The translations under genes were made by a program, and so were the position numbers. The notes beneath the pieces are model-generated. The model made no database searches and was not told where the DNA came from. It worked only from the letters and a program-made list of their open reading frames with translations. A stretch of 64,000 bases of DNA from assembly GCF_003334765.1 (NCBI RefSeq), contig NZ_QOWT01000008.1. The stretch is one strand, 5' to 3'. How positions within the stretch are numbered: position 1 is the stretch's first letter; each line of letters starts with the position of its first letter. This document shows positions 1 through 10,879 of this stretch, in pieces. This DNA is from Escherichia coli. GTDB taxonomy: Bacteria; Pseudomonadota; Gammaproteobacteria; Enterobacterales; Enterobacteriaceae.

Positions 1-89
1 CCCGTAAAAAGTGGGGTTAGCATCAGCAGAATCACGGCCTGTGCTAACGCAAAAATGACCAGATATCCGTCGCAAAGAGTTTGTCTCAT
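1..89 (-). CDS. hyfC: Hydrogenase-4 membrane subunit HyfC, N-terminal fragment (gene continues past window start)
   Basis: Reverse-strand ATG at 87-89, 10 nt downstream of the hyfB stop; translated start MRQTLCDGYLVIFALAQAVILLMLTPLF is hydrophobic and sits where hyfC is expected in hyfABC synteny. Confidence 0.6.
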   Translation of the reverse strand, partial: MRQTLCDGYLVIFALAQAVILLMLTPLFT

Positions 90-99
90 GGTGATTTCC

Positions 100-2118
100 T
101 TAGACGGCAATAGCGATTAGCAGCACAACCAGTGCGGCGACCACATACAGGCAATAGAGACGAAAGTCGCCGCTTTGCAGATGCTGTATTTCTTTGGCCA
201 GCCGTTGGGTGGCGCTCACGATGGGGCGGATCACCCGCTCATCCCAGAAGGGTTCTGTGCTCTGAGCCCTGGCGGTGACGTGCGCAAGACCTTTATTTAG
301 CCTCAGCGTAGGGTCGAGCTGTTGTCGTAGACGAAATAGCGCAGAAAAGACCACACGCAGCGGCTGCATCACGCCATTGCCTGACGGGGCCATCGCATTT
401 TCCCAGCCGTAGCCGCATGCCCAGGCATCTCCTGTGCGACGAAACGCTGCGCGGCGCGAACGACACCACAGCCAGTAAAGGCCAGGCAGCAAAGGCATCG
501 CCAGTAGTAACAGCAACAGTAATGAGGGGGTGACCTGTGTATGAAACGTGCCGGGTACAAGTGCTATTCCGCTGGCGACAGTGGCGGGAGGGGTATTGGT
601 AAACGCATGGGCAATATGCATTATCTTCGGTGCCAGCCAACTGGCACTAAGCGCAATTAATACGCAGAGTGCCGCGAGCAGTAGCATGGCGACGATCATC
701 GTATTTGGCACTTCCTGTGCCTCTTCAGCGTGTGTACTGCGCGGCGCACCACAGAAAGTAATACCGTACATTTTTACGAAGCACATTACTGCCAGCCCAC
801 CAGTGACTGCCAGCATTACCATAGCAATAGGACCCGCAAGTTGTAGCGCTACGGCTTCCACACGACTTAGTGAGAACAGCGACTGCCAGGTGTACCATTC
901 GCTGATAAAACCATTCAGCGGAGGAATGGCTGATATCGCGAGGCAACCAATCAGGCATGCTGCGGCTGTCCACGGCATCCGTTTCGCTAGTGCCCCCATT
1001 TTTTCCATGTCGTGGGTATGCAAACGCGAAATAATCGCTCCCGCGCCGAGAAATAGCAGCCCTTTGAACAGCGCATGGTTGAGCAGATGAAACAGTGCGC
1101 CGAGCAGTCCAACCACGGTGAGCAGCGGGTCGTGCAGTGACAGACCGACCATCGCCACACCGACTGCCAGCAAAATAATGCCGACGTTTTCGACGGTACT
1201 CCAGGCCAGCAGCCGTTTGATATCCTGTTCCGCCAGCGCATATAGCACGCCCAGGAGCGCGGAGATTGCGCCGATCGCCATCACCAGAATGCCCCACCAC
1301 AGAGGCAAACCCGTTTGCGCCAGCAGATCCATCGCTACTTTCAGGATGCCGAAAATACCTATTTTGACCATTACGCCAGACATCAACGCCGAAGCGTGCG
1401 ATGGTGCGGCAGGGTGAGCGCGCGGCAACCAGCTGTGCAACGGCATCATCCCGGCTTTCGCGCCAAAACCGAAAAAGGCCAGCAGGAACACCGCCGACGC
1501 CAGCCCCGGAGAAAGTGAAAGCGTGCGGAAACTGGCAAAATCGAGGCTGCCGCTTTCGCGCCCCATCAGCAAGAAGGCGATCATTATCAGCACCGATCCG
1601 GCGTGGGCGATAAAAAAGTAGAGCATGCCAGCGTTGATCGACGTTTTATCCTGCCTGGCAATGACCAGAAACCAGGAAGACAGCGACATCATTTCAAACA
1701 GCACGATGAACCAAAAAGCGTTGTCCATCACCAGCAGGGCAACCATCGATGCGATGAAAATATTCATAAAGAAGCCCATCGCCGCCGCGCCTTTGCCCTC
1801 GTATTCGCGCATATAAGTCAATGAATAGAGAGAACAAACCACCACCAGCAAGGAGATAACCAGCACCATAAATGCCGAGAGGCTATCCATTCGCAGGGTT
1901 AAATCGGCAAATTCAAAAGGGGTGGCAAAACGGGCGACTAAAGTTACACCAGCATGTAATTGCGTAATTCCGCTGATGATGCCAATCACGCCGCCCACCA
2001 GCGATGTGATGCCGGAAAGCTTAATAGCCAGTCTGTCCAGACCGAGTAAAAACAGCGAAGCCAGACTAGCAAACAGATAGAGAATCAGCGACCAGGTTAA
2101 TAATTGCAGGGCATCCAT
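100..2118 (-). CDS. hyfB: Hydrogenase-4 subunit B (NuoL/antiporter-like polytopic membrane subunit)
   Basis: 672-aa reverse ORF, highly hydrophobic, length and sequence recognised as HyfB; start codon overlaps hyfA stop (TAATG). Confidence 0.9.
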   Translation of the reverse strand: MDALQLLTWSLILYLFASLASLFLLGLDRLAIKLSGITSLVGGVIGIISGITQLHAGVTLVARFATPFEFADLTLRMDSLSAFMVLVISLLVVVCSLYSLTYMREYEGKGAAAMGFFMNIFIASMVALLVMDNAFWFIVLFEMMSLSSWFLVIARQDKTSINAGMLYFFIAHAGSVLIMIAFLLMGRESGSLDFASFRTLSLSPGLASAVFLLAFFGFGAKAGMMPLHSWLPRAHPAAPSHASALMSGVMVKIGIFGILKVAMDLLAQTGLPLWWGILVMAIGAISALLGVLYALAEQDIKRLLAWSTVENVGIILLAVGVAMVGLSLHDPLLTVVGLLGALFHLLNHALFKGLLFLGAGAIISRLHTHDMEKMGALAKRMPWTAAACLIGCLAISAIPPLNGFISEWYTWQSLFSLSRVEAVALQLAGPIAMVMLAVTGGLAVMCFVKMYGITFCGAPRSTHAEEAQEVPNTMIVAMLLLAALCVLIALSASWLAPKIMHIAHAFTNTPPATVASGIALVPGTFHTQVTPSLLLLLLLAMPLLPGLYWLWCRSRRAAFRRTGDAWACGYGWENAMAPSGNGVMQPLRVVFSALFRLRQQLDPTLRLNKGLAHVTARAQSTEPFWDERVIRPIVSATQRLAKEIQHLQSGDFRLYCLYVVAALVVLLIAIAV

Positions 2119-2735
2119 TAGCGTTGCTCCTGAGTGAGGGAAAGGGGATCCTCCCCGCCATTGGCAAACCAGCTTGCGGCAAGGCGCTGTTTTTCTTTCA
2201 TCTGACGTTGCAGGCTATCACCGGTGATCAGCCGTAACGCCTGATTCGGGCAAGCGCGAACGCAGGCCGGACCTTCTGGCAAGAAATCACACAGGTCGCA
2301 TTTCACCGCGACGGTCTGGACACCAGGTTCCCAGCGCAGCAAAGCATGTTGTGTTGGCGCGTTTTCTTCGCCGTCTTTGAGTGAGCCTTCAGCCTGAAAA
2401 ACATATTGCGCATGGGCATTCACCGGACGGCTTCCTGAAGCGCTGATTGCGCCAAATGGGCAGACCACGGCGCAAAGCTTGCAGCCAATACAGAGGCTTT
2501 CGTTGAGTTGGATCGCATCATCCCTCTGAGAGATGGCATTGACCGGGCAGACCTGCAGGCAAGGGGCTTCCTCACAGTGATGACACACGACAGGGGCAGT
2601 GATTGTTGACGTCTTCGCCAGGGCCAGGCGCGGGTGTTGCTGTAAACCTTGCGTTTTATGCACGTCCGAACAGGCAGCGAGACAGGTATTACATCCTGTA
2701 CACCACAGTGGTTCGGCCACCACAAAGCGGTTCAT
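2118..2735 (-). CDS. hyfA: Hydrogenase-4 component A, 4Fe-4S ferredoxin-type subunit
   Basis: 205 codons from ATG at 2733-2735 (GGAG 7 nt upstream); N-terminus MNRFVVAEP; repeated Cys clusters (CxxCxxCxxxC) typical of 4Fe-4S ferredoxins; ORF track gives a longer 218-aa in-frame ORF from 2774. Confidence 0.85.
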   Translation of the reverse strand: MNRFVVAEPLWCTGCNTCLAACSDVHKTQGLQQHPRLALAKTSTITAPVVCHHCEEAPCLQVCPVNAISQRDDAIQLNESLCIGCKLCAVVCPFGAISASGSRPVNAHAQYVFQAEGSLKDGEENAPTQHALLRWEPGVQTVAVKCDLCDFLPEGPACVRACPNQALRLITGDSLQRQMKEKQRLAASWFANGGEDPLSLTQEQR

Positions 2736-2775
2736 GTCGGCTCCTTGAAAATGATATGAAACATTGCATTTCATA

Positions 2776-2791
2776 TTGCATAAAGGATGCC
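2776..2791 (-). promoter_or_regulatory. Candidate sigma-54 (-24/-12) promoter for hyf operon
   Basis: Reverse strand reads TGGCATCCTTTATGCA, matching TGGCAC-N5-TTGCA spacing (GG and GC 11 nt apart), about 40 bp upstream of the hyfA ATG; hyf is known to be sigma-54 dependent. Confidence 0.45.
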
Positions 2792-2987
2792 ATTCTGATT
2801 AACTCAATATATTCAATAAGTTATGTATTAACTGGATTCTGAACGGTACAAAAATGATGGTCATTAACGTTCAGCAAAAAATGGATTCGACACCCGTGTC
2901 GCAGGGGAAAGCGAGAATGTGATCTTGATCACGAGAAGTGAGGTATGCTGGCCGCAAGCGCAGCCAGCACGGAATGGAGCAAAGTAA

Positions 2988-3458
2988 TCAGGCGTGTTCT
3001 TTCAGCCAGTTCAGCACAACGTCGTGGTGATTGCTGGTTTTGAAATCGTCAAAGACATGTTCGATTTTGCCATCAGCGTCAATCAGGAAGCTGATGCGAT
3101 GAATGCCATCGTAGGTTTTGCCCATGAAGGACTTTTCACCCCAGACGCCGAATTGTTCGCACACCTGGTGGTCCTCATCAGACAGGAGCGTAAAGTTAAG
3201 CAGCTCTTTTTCCGCAAAACGGGAGAGTTTTTCGGGTTTATCGGTGCTGATACCCAGCACATCAACGCCCGCTTTTTTCAACTCATCCATGTTATCGCGT
3301 AAGCCGCAGGCCTGTACGGTACAGCCGGGGGTCATGGCTTTCGGGTAGAAATAAACCAGAACACGCTGTCCCTGGAAGTCGGTCAAATTAACTTGTTCTC
3401 CGTCTTGATCCGGCAAGCTAAATTTCGGTGCGATATCACCGGCTTTCAGTGGATTCAT
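2988..3458 (-). CDS. bcp: Thiol peroxidase / peroxiredoxin Bcp
   Basis: 156-aa reverse ORF, peroxiredoxin active-site context (TPGCT), recognised as Bcp; start overlaps gcvR stop (TAATG). Confidence 0.9.
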   Translation of the reverse strand: MNPLKAGDIAPKFSLPDQDGEQVNLTDFQGQRVLVYFYPKAMTPGCTVQACGLRDNMDELKKAGVDVLGISTDKPEKLSRFAEKELLNFTLLSDEDHQVCEQFGVWGEKSFMGKTYDGIHRISFLIDADGKIEHVFDDFKTSNHHDVVLNWLKEHA

Positions 3459-4030
3459 TACTTAACTCCATCCTGTTCATCATGTTGGGAATAATTGACG
3501 ACGTTAATACTGCCTTGTGCATTGAGTTCTGTACATAGGGCTTTGAACGCTTGCTCAATATTTGCTGCGTCCGCAGATGCGGGGCTGTGGGCGGTTATCT
3601 GAATATGCAACTGCGCAGCCCGTTCATTTTCAGCAGGTTGCGTGCGCGACACCAGCTCCGCAATGTTCATATGATGCGCGTCGAAAAGTGCTGTGAAGCG
3701 TTCAATTAAATGCGGGGAGTCTGCCACATCGACCTGAACCCAGACAGATGCTGGCATTGGCGGACGCGGACGCGCCGTCGTGCGCTTCATCACGATTAAA
3801 AGATCCAGTTCGGCACCTTTCAACGGTAACGTTGATTCAATCAGAGTAATGGCATTCCATGAACCGGAAAGCAGCATAATAAACGTGAACTCTTCTCCCA
3901 GCATCGCCAGGCGACTGTCTTCAATATTACAGCCGCAACTACTGACATGACGGGTGATGGTGTTCACAATTCCAGGGCGATCGGCACCCAACGCAGTGAT
4001 CACCAGATAATGTTGCGATGACAGTGTCAA
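3458..4030 (-). CDS. gcvR: Glycine cleavage system transcriptional repressor GcvR (ACT-domain protein)
   Basis: Reverse ORF; 190 aa if initiated at TTG 4028-4030 (AAGGA Shine-Dalgarno upstream), giving MTLSSQHYLVITALGADRPGIV; the ORF track extends in frame to 4096 (212 aa). Confidence 0.8.
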   Translation of the reverse strand: MTLSSQHYLVITALGADRPGIVNTITRHVSSCGCNIEDSRLAMLGEEFTFIMLLSGSWNAITLIESTLPLKGAELDLLIVMKRTTARPRPPMPASVWVQVDVADSPHLIERFTALFDAHHMNIAELVSRTQPAENERAAQLHIQITAHSPASADAANIEQAFKALCTELNAQGSINVVNYSQHDEQDGVK

Positions 4031-4175
4031 ACTGGTTATTCCTTTAAGGGGTGAGTTGTTCTTAAGGAAAGCATAAAAAAAACATGCATACAACAATCAG
4101 AACGGTTCTGTCTGCTTGCTTTTAATGCCATACCAAACGTACCATTGAGACACTTGTTTGCACAGAGGATGGCCC

Positions 4176-5054
4176 ATGTTCACGGGAAGTATTGTCGCGA
4201 TTGTTACTCCGATGGATGAAAAAGGTAATGTCTGTCGGGCTAGCTTGAAAAAACTGATTGATTATCATGTCGCCAGCGGTACTTCGGCGATCGTTTCTGT
4301 TGGCACCACTGGCGAGTCCGCTACCTTAAATCATGACGAACATGCTGATGTGGTGATGATGACGCTGGATCTGGCTGATGGGCGCATTCCGGTAATTGCC
4401 GGGACCGGCGCTAACGCTACTGCGGAAGCCATTAGCCTGACGCAGCGCTTCAATGACAGTGGTATCGTCGGCTGCCTGACGGTAACCCCTTACTACAATC
4501 GTCCGTCGCAAGAAGGTTTGTATCAGCATTTCAAAGCCATCGCTGAGCATACTGACCTGCCGCAAATTCTGTATAATGTGCCGTCCCGTACTGGCTGCGA
4601 TCTGCTCCCGGAAACGGTGGGCCGTCTGGCGAAAGTAAAAAATATTATCGGAATCAAAGAGGCAACAGGGAACTTAACGCGTGTAAACCAGATCAAAGAG
4701 CTGGTTTCAGATGATTTTGTTCTGCTGAGCGGCGATGATGCGAGCGCGCTGGACTTCATGCAATTGGGCGGTCATGGGGTTATTTCCGTTACGGCTAACG
4801 TCGCAGCGCGTGATATGGCCCAGATGTGCAAACTGGCAGCAGAAGGGCATTTTGCCGAGGCACGCGTTATTAATCAGCGTCTGATGCCATTACACAACAA
4901 ACTATTTGTCGAACCCAATCCAATCCCGGTGAAATGGGCATGTAAGGAACTGGGTCTTGTGGCGACCGATACGCTGCGCCTGCCAATGACACCAATCACC
5001 GACAGTGGTCGTGAGACGGTCAGAGCGGCGCTTAAGCATGCCGGTTTGCTGTAA
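4176..5054 (+). CDS. dapA: 4-hydroxy-tetrahydrodipicolinate synthase
   Basis: 292 codons from ATG 4176 ([13 protein letters not shown]...); recognised DapA sequence; ORF track start 4158 is an upstream in-frame alternative. Confidence 0.9.
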
Positions 5055-5070
5055 AGTTTAGGGAGATTTG

Positions 5071-6105
5071 ATGGCTTACTCTGTTCAAAAGTCGCGCCTG
5101 GCAAAGGTTGCGGGTGTTTCGCTTGTTTTATTACTCGCTGCCTGTAGTTCTGACTCACGCTATAAGCGTCAGGTCAGTGGTGATGAAGCCTACCTGGAAG
5201 CGGCACCGCTTGCGGAGCTTCATGCCCCGGCTGGAATGATTTTGCCGGTGACCTCCGGTGATTATGCAATCCCGGTGACCAACGGTAGTGGTGCTGTCGG
5301 TAAGGCGCTGGACATTCGTCCACCAGCCCAGCCGCTGGCACTGGTTTCTGGCGCGCGTACCCAGTTCACGGGCGATACCGCTTCATTGCTGGTGGAAAAT
5401 GGTCGTGGCAATACTCTGTGGCCGCAGGTGGTTAGCGTGCTGCAGGCGAAAAACTACACCATCACCCAACGTGATGATGCTGGTCAGACACTGACCACCG
5501 ATTGGGTACAATGGAACCGTCTGGACGAAGACGAGCAGTATCGTGGTCGTTATCAAATCTCTGTTAAGCCGCAGGGTTATCAGCAGGCGGTTACGGTTAA
5601 ACTGCTGAACCTGGAACAGGCGGGCAAACCGGTTGCAGACGCGGCTTCCATGCAGCGTTACAGCACGGAGATGATGAACGTTATTTCCGCCGGTCTGGAT
5701 AAATCTGCCACTGACGCCGCGAACGCTGCGCAAAATCGTGCCTCCACCACTATGGACGTACAAAGTGCAGCTGATGACACCGGTTTACCAATGCTGGTCG
5801 TACGCGGGCCGTTCAATGTGGTTTGGCAACGTCTGCCAGCGGCGCTGGAAAAAGTGGGCATGAAAGTGACCGACAGCACCCGTTCGCAGGGCAACATGGC
5901 CGTAACTTATAAGCCGCTGTCTGACAGCGACTGGCAGGAACTGGGCGCGAGCGATCCAGGCCTGGCATCCGGTGACTATAAACTGCAGGTTGGCGATTTA
6001 GATAACCGCAGCAGCCTACAGTTCATCGATCCGAAAGGTCATACTCTGACTCAGAGTCAGAACGACGCGCTGGTAGCTGTCTTCCAGGCTGCGTTTAGCA
6101 AGTAA
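5071..6105 (+). CDS. bamC: Outer membrane protein assembly factor BamC (NlpB) lipoprotein
   Basis: 344 aa; signal peptide with lipobox LLAAC; recognised BamC; immediately downstream of dapA as in the known dapA-bamC arrangement. Confidence 0.9.
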
Positions 6106-6112
6106 AAATACA

Positions 6113-6138
6113 GGGCTGGAATCATCCGGCCCTTTTTT
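6113..6138 (+). terminator. Rho-independent terminator downstream of bamC
   Basis: Stem GGGCTGGA/TCCGGCCC (8 bp including one G-U pair), 4-nt loop, then TTTTTT; begins 8 nt after the bamC stop. Confidence 0.6.
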
Positions 6139-6148
6139 CTGATATGAT

Positions 6149-6164
6149 ACGCAAACGTGTGCGT
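6149..6164 (+). promoter_or_regulatory. Candidate PurR operator upstream of purC
   Basis: ACGCAAACGTGTGCGT is a near-perfect match to the PurR box palindrome (ACGCAAAC-GTTTGCGT), about 150 bp upstream of the purC ATG. Confidence 0.55.
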
Positions 6165-6206
6165 CTGCAGGAAAACGCGATTTTAGCGGTAATTCGCACG
6201 AAATTT

Positions 6207-6254
<48 letters not shown>

Positions 6255-6317
6255 ACATCCGGCACACCAGACAGCAAAAGATTTTAAAACGTTAATTCAC
6301 ACCCAGGAGTGATAAAG

Positions 6318-7031
6318 ATGCAAAAGCAAGCTGAGTTGTATCGTGGTAAAGCGAAAACCGTATACAGCACGGAAAACCCGGACCTGTTGGTGCTCGAATT
6401 CCGCAATGATACGTCAGCAGGGGATGGCGCGCGCATTGAGCAGTTTGATCGCAAAGGTATGGTGAACAACAAGTTCAACTACTTCATTATGAGCAAACTG
6501 GCTGAAGCGGGTATCCCGACTCAAATGGAGCGTCTGCTCTCCGATACCGAATGTCTGGTGAAAAAGCTGGATATGGTGCCGGTTGAGTGTGTCGTGCGTA
6601 ACCGTGCTGCTGGCTCTCTGGTGAAACGTCTTGGAATCGAAGAAGGTATTGAGCTGAACCCGCCGCTGTTCGATCTGTTCCTGAAAAACGACGCCATGCA
6701 CGATCCGATGGTCAACGAATCTTACTGCGAAACCTTTGGCTGGGTGAGCAAAGAGAACCTGGCGCGTATGAAAGAGCTGACCTACAAAGCGAACGACGTG
6801 CTGAAAAAACTGTTCGATGATGCTGGTCTGATTCTGGTCGACTTCAAGCTGGAATTTGGTCTGTACAAAGGCGAAGTGGTACTGGGTGATGAGTTCTCCC
6901 CGGACGGTAGCCGCCTGTGGGACAAAGAAACGCTGGAGAAAATGGACAAAGACCGTTTCCGCCAGAGCCTCGGTGGCCTGATCGAAGCCTATGAAGCCGT
7001 CGCCCGCCGCCTGGGTGTACAGCTGGACTGA
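6318..7031 (+). CDS. purC: Phosphoribosylaminoimidazole-succinocarboxamide (SAICAR) synthase
   Basis: 237 codons from ATG 6318 ([16 protein letters not shown]...), GGAG RBS upstream; recognised PurC. Confidence 0.9.
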
Positions 7032-7198
7032 TTTTTCTGTTCATCATCTTGCCGTGCAGCTGGCACGGCAAGACAACCGCTCTCGGAATATATGCATTGA
7101 ACGCTCATTCCTCCGCCATTTCATCCCGCTTTCCTGTGGTAATCTTCCTCTGAACCACCTACGATCATTTCTATAATGAATATATTGTTGAGGTATCT

Positions 7199-8062
7199 AT
7201 GCGTTGGCAAGGGCGACGTGAAAGTGACAATGTTGAAGACAGGCGCAACAGCTCTGGTGGTCCATCTATGGGCGGTCCCGGTTTTCGCCTGCCAAGCGGT
7301 AAAGGCGGGCTGATTTTACTGATAGTCGTGCTGGTTGCAGGCTACTATGGTGTTGATTTAACCGGGTTGATGACCGGGCAGCCGGTTTCCCAACAACAAT
7401 CAACGCGGTCAATTAGCCCAAATGAAGACGAAGCCGCAAAATTCACCTCGGTGATTCTGGCAACCACGGAAGACACCTGGGGACAACAGTTCGAGAAGAT
7501 GGGTAAGACCTATCAGCAACCGAAGCTGGTCATGTACCGTGGAATGACGCGTACCGGCTGCGGGGCGGGCCAGTCCATAATGGGGCCGTTCTATTGCCCG
7601 GCGGATGGCACGGTTTATATCGATCTCTCCTTCTATGATGACATGAAAGACAAACTTGGCGCGGATGGCGATTTTGCCCAGGGGTACGTTATCGCCCATG
7701 AAGTCGGTCATCATGTGCAGAAACTGTTAGGCATCGAGCCGAAAGTTCGTCAACTGCAACAAAACGCGACGCAGGCGGAAGTAAACCGCTTATCTGTGCG
7801 TATGGAACTCCAGGCCGACTGTTTTGCCGGTGTCTGGGGGCATAGTATGCAGCAGCAAGGCGTTCTGGAAACCGGCGATCTGGAAGAGGCGCTGAACGCG
7901 GCGCAGGCCATCGGCGATGACCGTTTACAACAGCAAAGTCAGGGGCGAGTAGTACCAGACAGTTTCACTCATGGCACTTCTCAGCAACGCTACAGCTGGT
8001 TTAAACGTGGTTTCGACAGCGGCGATCCGGCACAATGCAATACTTTTGGTAAAAGCATTTAA
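7199..8062 (+). CDS. ypfJ: Putative neutral zinc metallopeptidase YpfJ
   Basis: 287-aa ORF with N-terminal transmembrane segment and HExxH motif ([10 protein letters not shown]); recognised YpfJ. Confidence 0.85.
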
Positions 8063-8076
8063 CTTCCGGGGCAGGG

Positions 8077-10092
8077 ATGGCTGAACTGACTGCGCTTCAC
8101 ACATTAACAGCGCAAATGAAACGTGAAGGGATCCGCCGCTTGCTGGTGTTGAGCGGGGAAGAGGGTTGGTGTTTTGAGCATACTCTTAAGTTGCGTGATG
8201 CCTTACCTGGCGACTGGCTGTGGATTTCGCCGCGGCCAGATGCTGAAAACCACTGTTCTCCCTCGGCACTACAAACTTTACTTGGGCGCGAGTTCCGGCA
8301 TGCGGTATTCGACGCCCGCCACGGCTTTGATGCCGCTGCCTTTGCCGCACTTAGCGGAACGTTGAAAGCGGGAAGCTGGCTGGTTTTGTTACTCCCTGTA
8401 TGGGAAGAGTGGGAAAACCAACCTGATGCCGACTCGCTGCGCTGGAGTGATTGCCCTGACCCTATTGCGACGCCGCATTTTGTCCAGCATCTCAAACGCG
8501 TACTTACGGCGGATAACGAGGCTATCCTCTGGCGGCAAAACCAGCCATTCTCGTTGGCGCATTTTACTCCCCGTACTGACTGGTACCCCGCGACTGGCGC
8601 ACCACAACCAGAACAACAGCAACTCTTAAAGCAGCTAATGACCATGCCGCCGGGCGTGGCAGCGGTAACGGCTGCGCGTGGGCGCGGTAAGTCGGCGTTG
8701 GCAGGGCAACTCATTTCTCGTATTGCGGGCAGAGCGATTGTCACCGCGCCCGCAAAAGCGTCAACGGATGTACTGGCACAATTTGCGGGCGAGAAGTTTC
8801 GCTTTATTGCGCCGGATGCCTTGTTAGCCAGCGATGAGCAAGCCGACTGGCTGGTGGTCGATGAAGCCGCAGCCATACCTGCGCCATTGTTGCATCAACT
8901 GGTATCGCGTTTTCCTCGAACGTTGTTAACCACTACGGTGCAGGGCTACGAAGGCACCGGACGTGGTTTTTTGCTGAAATTTTGCGCTCGCTTTCCGCAT
9001 TTACACCGTTTTGAACTGCAACAGCCGATCCGCTGGGCGCAGGGATGCCCGCTGGAAAAAATGGTCAGCGAGGCACTGGTTTTTGACGATGAAAACTTCA
9101 CCCATACACCACAAGGCAATATTGTCATTTCCGCATTTGAACAGACGTTATGGCAAAGCGATCCAGAAACGCCGTTAAAGGTTTATCAGCTCTTGTCTGG
9201 TGCGCACTATCGGACTTCGCCGCTGGATTTACGCCGGATGATGGATGCACCAGGGCAACATTTTTTACAGGCGGCTGGCGAAAACGAGATTGCCGGGGCG
9301 CTGTGGCTGGTGGATGAGGGTGGATTATCTCAACAACTCAGTCAGGCGGTATGGGCAGGTTTTCGTCGCCCGCGGGGTAATCTGGTGGCCCAGTCGCTGG
9401 CGGCGCACGGCAACAATCCACTGGCGGCGACATTGCGTGGACGGCGGGTCAGCCGGATAGCAGTTCATCCGGCTCGTCAGCGGGAAGGCACAGGGCGGCA
9501 ACTTATTGCTGGTGCTTTGCAATATACGCAAGACCTCGACTATCTTTCGGTGAGTTTTGGTTACACCGGGGAGTTATGGCGTTTCTGGCAACGCTGCGGT
9601 TTTGTGCTGGTGCGGATGGGTAATCATCGGGAAGCCAGCAGCGGTTGCTATACGGCGATGGCGCTGTTACCGATGAGTGATGCGGGTAAACAGCTGGCTG
9701 AACGTGAGCATTACCGTTTACGTCGCGATGCGCAAGCTCTCGCGCAGTGGAATGGCGAAACGCTTCCTGTTGATCCACTAAACGATGCCGTCCTTTCTGA
9801 CGACGACTGGCTTGAACTGGCCGGTTTTGCTTTCGCTCATCGTCCGCTATTAACGTCGTTAGGTTGCTTATTGCGTCTGTTACAAACCAGTGAACTGGCA
9901 TTACCGGCGCTGCGTGGGCGTTTACAGAAAAACGCCAGTGATGCGCAGTTATGTACCACACTTAAACTTTCAGGCCGCAAGATGTTACTGGTCCGTCAGC
10001 GGGAAGAGGCCGCGCAGGCGCTGTTCGCACTTAATGATGTTCGCACTGAGCGTCTGCGCGATCGCATAACGCAATGGCAATTATTTCACTGA
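8077..10092 (+). CDS. tmcA: tRNA(Met) cytidine acetyltransferase TmcA
   Basis: 671-aa ORF; P-loop-like GRGKSA motif and C-terminal GNAT-like region; recognised TmcA (YpfI). Confidence 0.85.
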   Translation: MAELTALHTLTAQMKREGIRRLLVLSGEEGWCFEHTLKLRDALPGDWLWISPRPDAENHCSPSALQTLLGREFRHAVFDARHGFDAAAFAALSGTLKAGSWLVLLLPVWEEWENQPDADSLRWSDCPDPIATPHFVQHLKRVLTADNEAILWRQNQPFSLAHFTPRTDWYPATGAPQPEQQQLLKQLMTMPPGVAAVTAARGRGKSALAGQLISRIAGRAIVTAPAKASTDVLAQFAGEKFRFIAPDALLASDEQADWLVVDEAAAIPAPLLHQLVSRFPRTLLTTTVQGYEGTGRGFLLKFCARFPHLHRFELQQPIRWAQGCPLEKMVSEALVFDDENFTHTPQGNIVISAFEQTLWQSDPETPLKVYQLLSGAHYRTSPLDLRRMMDAPGQHFLQAAGENEIAGALWLVDEGGLSQQLSQAVWAGFRRPRGNLVAQSLAAHGNNPLAATLRGRRVSRIAVHPARQREGTGRQLIAGALQYTQDLDYLSVSFGYTGELWRFWQRCGFVLVRMGNHREASSGCYTAMALLPMSDAGKQLAEREHYRLRRDAQALAQWNGETLPVDPLNDAVLSDDDWLELAGFAFAHRPLLTSLGCLLRLLQTSELALPALRGRLQKNASDAQLCTTLKLSGRKMLLVRQREEAAQALFALNDVRTERLRDRITQWQLFH

Positions 10093-10165
10093 CTCCTTCA
10101 ATTTTATCTCATGGTCATTGTGAGTCAGCGGCGTAAAATTAATGACATCAGTTAAGGAGTTCGCC

Positions 10166-10864
10166 ATGAAACATGACCATTTTGTTGTTCAAAGCCCGGA
10201 TAAACCTGCGCAACAGTTGTTACTGCTTTTCCACGGTGTCGGGGATAACCCGGTGGCAATGGGGGAAATAGGCAACTGGTTTGCACCGCTGTTTCCTGAT
10301 GCGCTGGTGGTGAGTGTCGGTGGCGCGGAGCCGAGCGGTAATCCGGCGGGGCGTCAGTGGTTTTCGGTGCAGGGTATTACGGAAGATAATCGCCAGGCGC
10401 GTGTGGATGCGATCATGCCGACGTTTATTGAAACGGTGCGCTACTGGCAGAAACAGAGCGGAGTAGGGGCTAACGCCACGGCGCTCATCGGTTTCTCTCA
10501 AGGCGCGATTATGGTGCTGGAGAGCATTAAAGCCGAACCGGGCCTTGCTTCACGCGTCATTGCTTTTAACGGACGCTATGCGAGCCTGCCGGAAACTGCG
10601 TCTACAGCCACGACAATTCACCTGATTCATGGCGGTGAAGATCCGGTTATCGATCTGGCGCATGCGGTTGCTGCGCAGGAAGCGTTAATCAGTGCCGGTG
10701 GTGACGTGACGCTGGATATCGTGGAGGATTTAGGCCATGCGATCGACAATCGCAGTATGCAATTTGCCCTGGATCACTTGCGTTATACCATTCCGAAACA
10801 TTATTTCGACGAAGCGCTAAGTGGCGGTAAGCCTGGCGATGATGATGTGATTGAAATGATGTAA
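10166..10864 (+). CDS. ypfH: Esterase YpfH (phospholipase/carboxylesterase family hydrolase)
   Basis: 232 codons from ATG 10166 (MKHDHFVVQSP...); GFSQG nucleophile-elbow motif; recognised YpfH. Confidence 0.85.
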   Translation: MKHDHFVVQSPDKPAQQLLLLFHGVGDNPVAMGEIGNWFAPLFPDALVVSVGGAEPSGNPAGRQWFSVQGITEDNRQARVDAIMPTFIETVRYWQKQSGVGANATALIGFSQGAIMVLESIKAEPGLASRVIAFNGRYASLPETASTATTIHLIHGGEDPVIDLAHAVAAQEALISAGGDVTLDIVEDLGHAIDNRSMQFALDHLRYTIPKHYFDEALSGGKPGDDDVIEMM

Positions 10865-10879
10865 AAGACAGATTACCTG

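Noticed and set aside
8097-8876. 259-aa reverse-strand ORF inside tmcA
   Set aside because: Antisense shadow ORF with a low-complexity Ser/Ala/Cys-rich translation.
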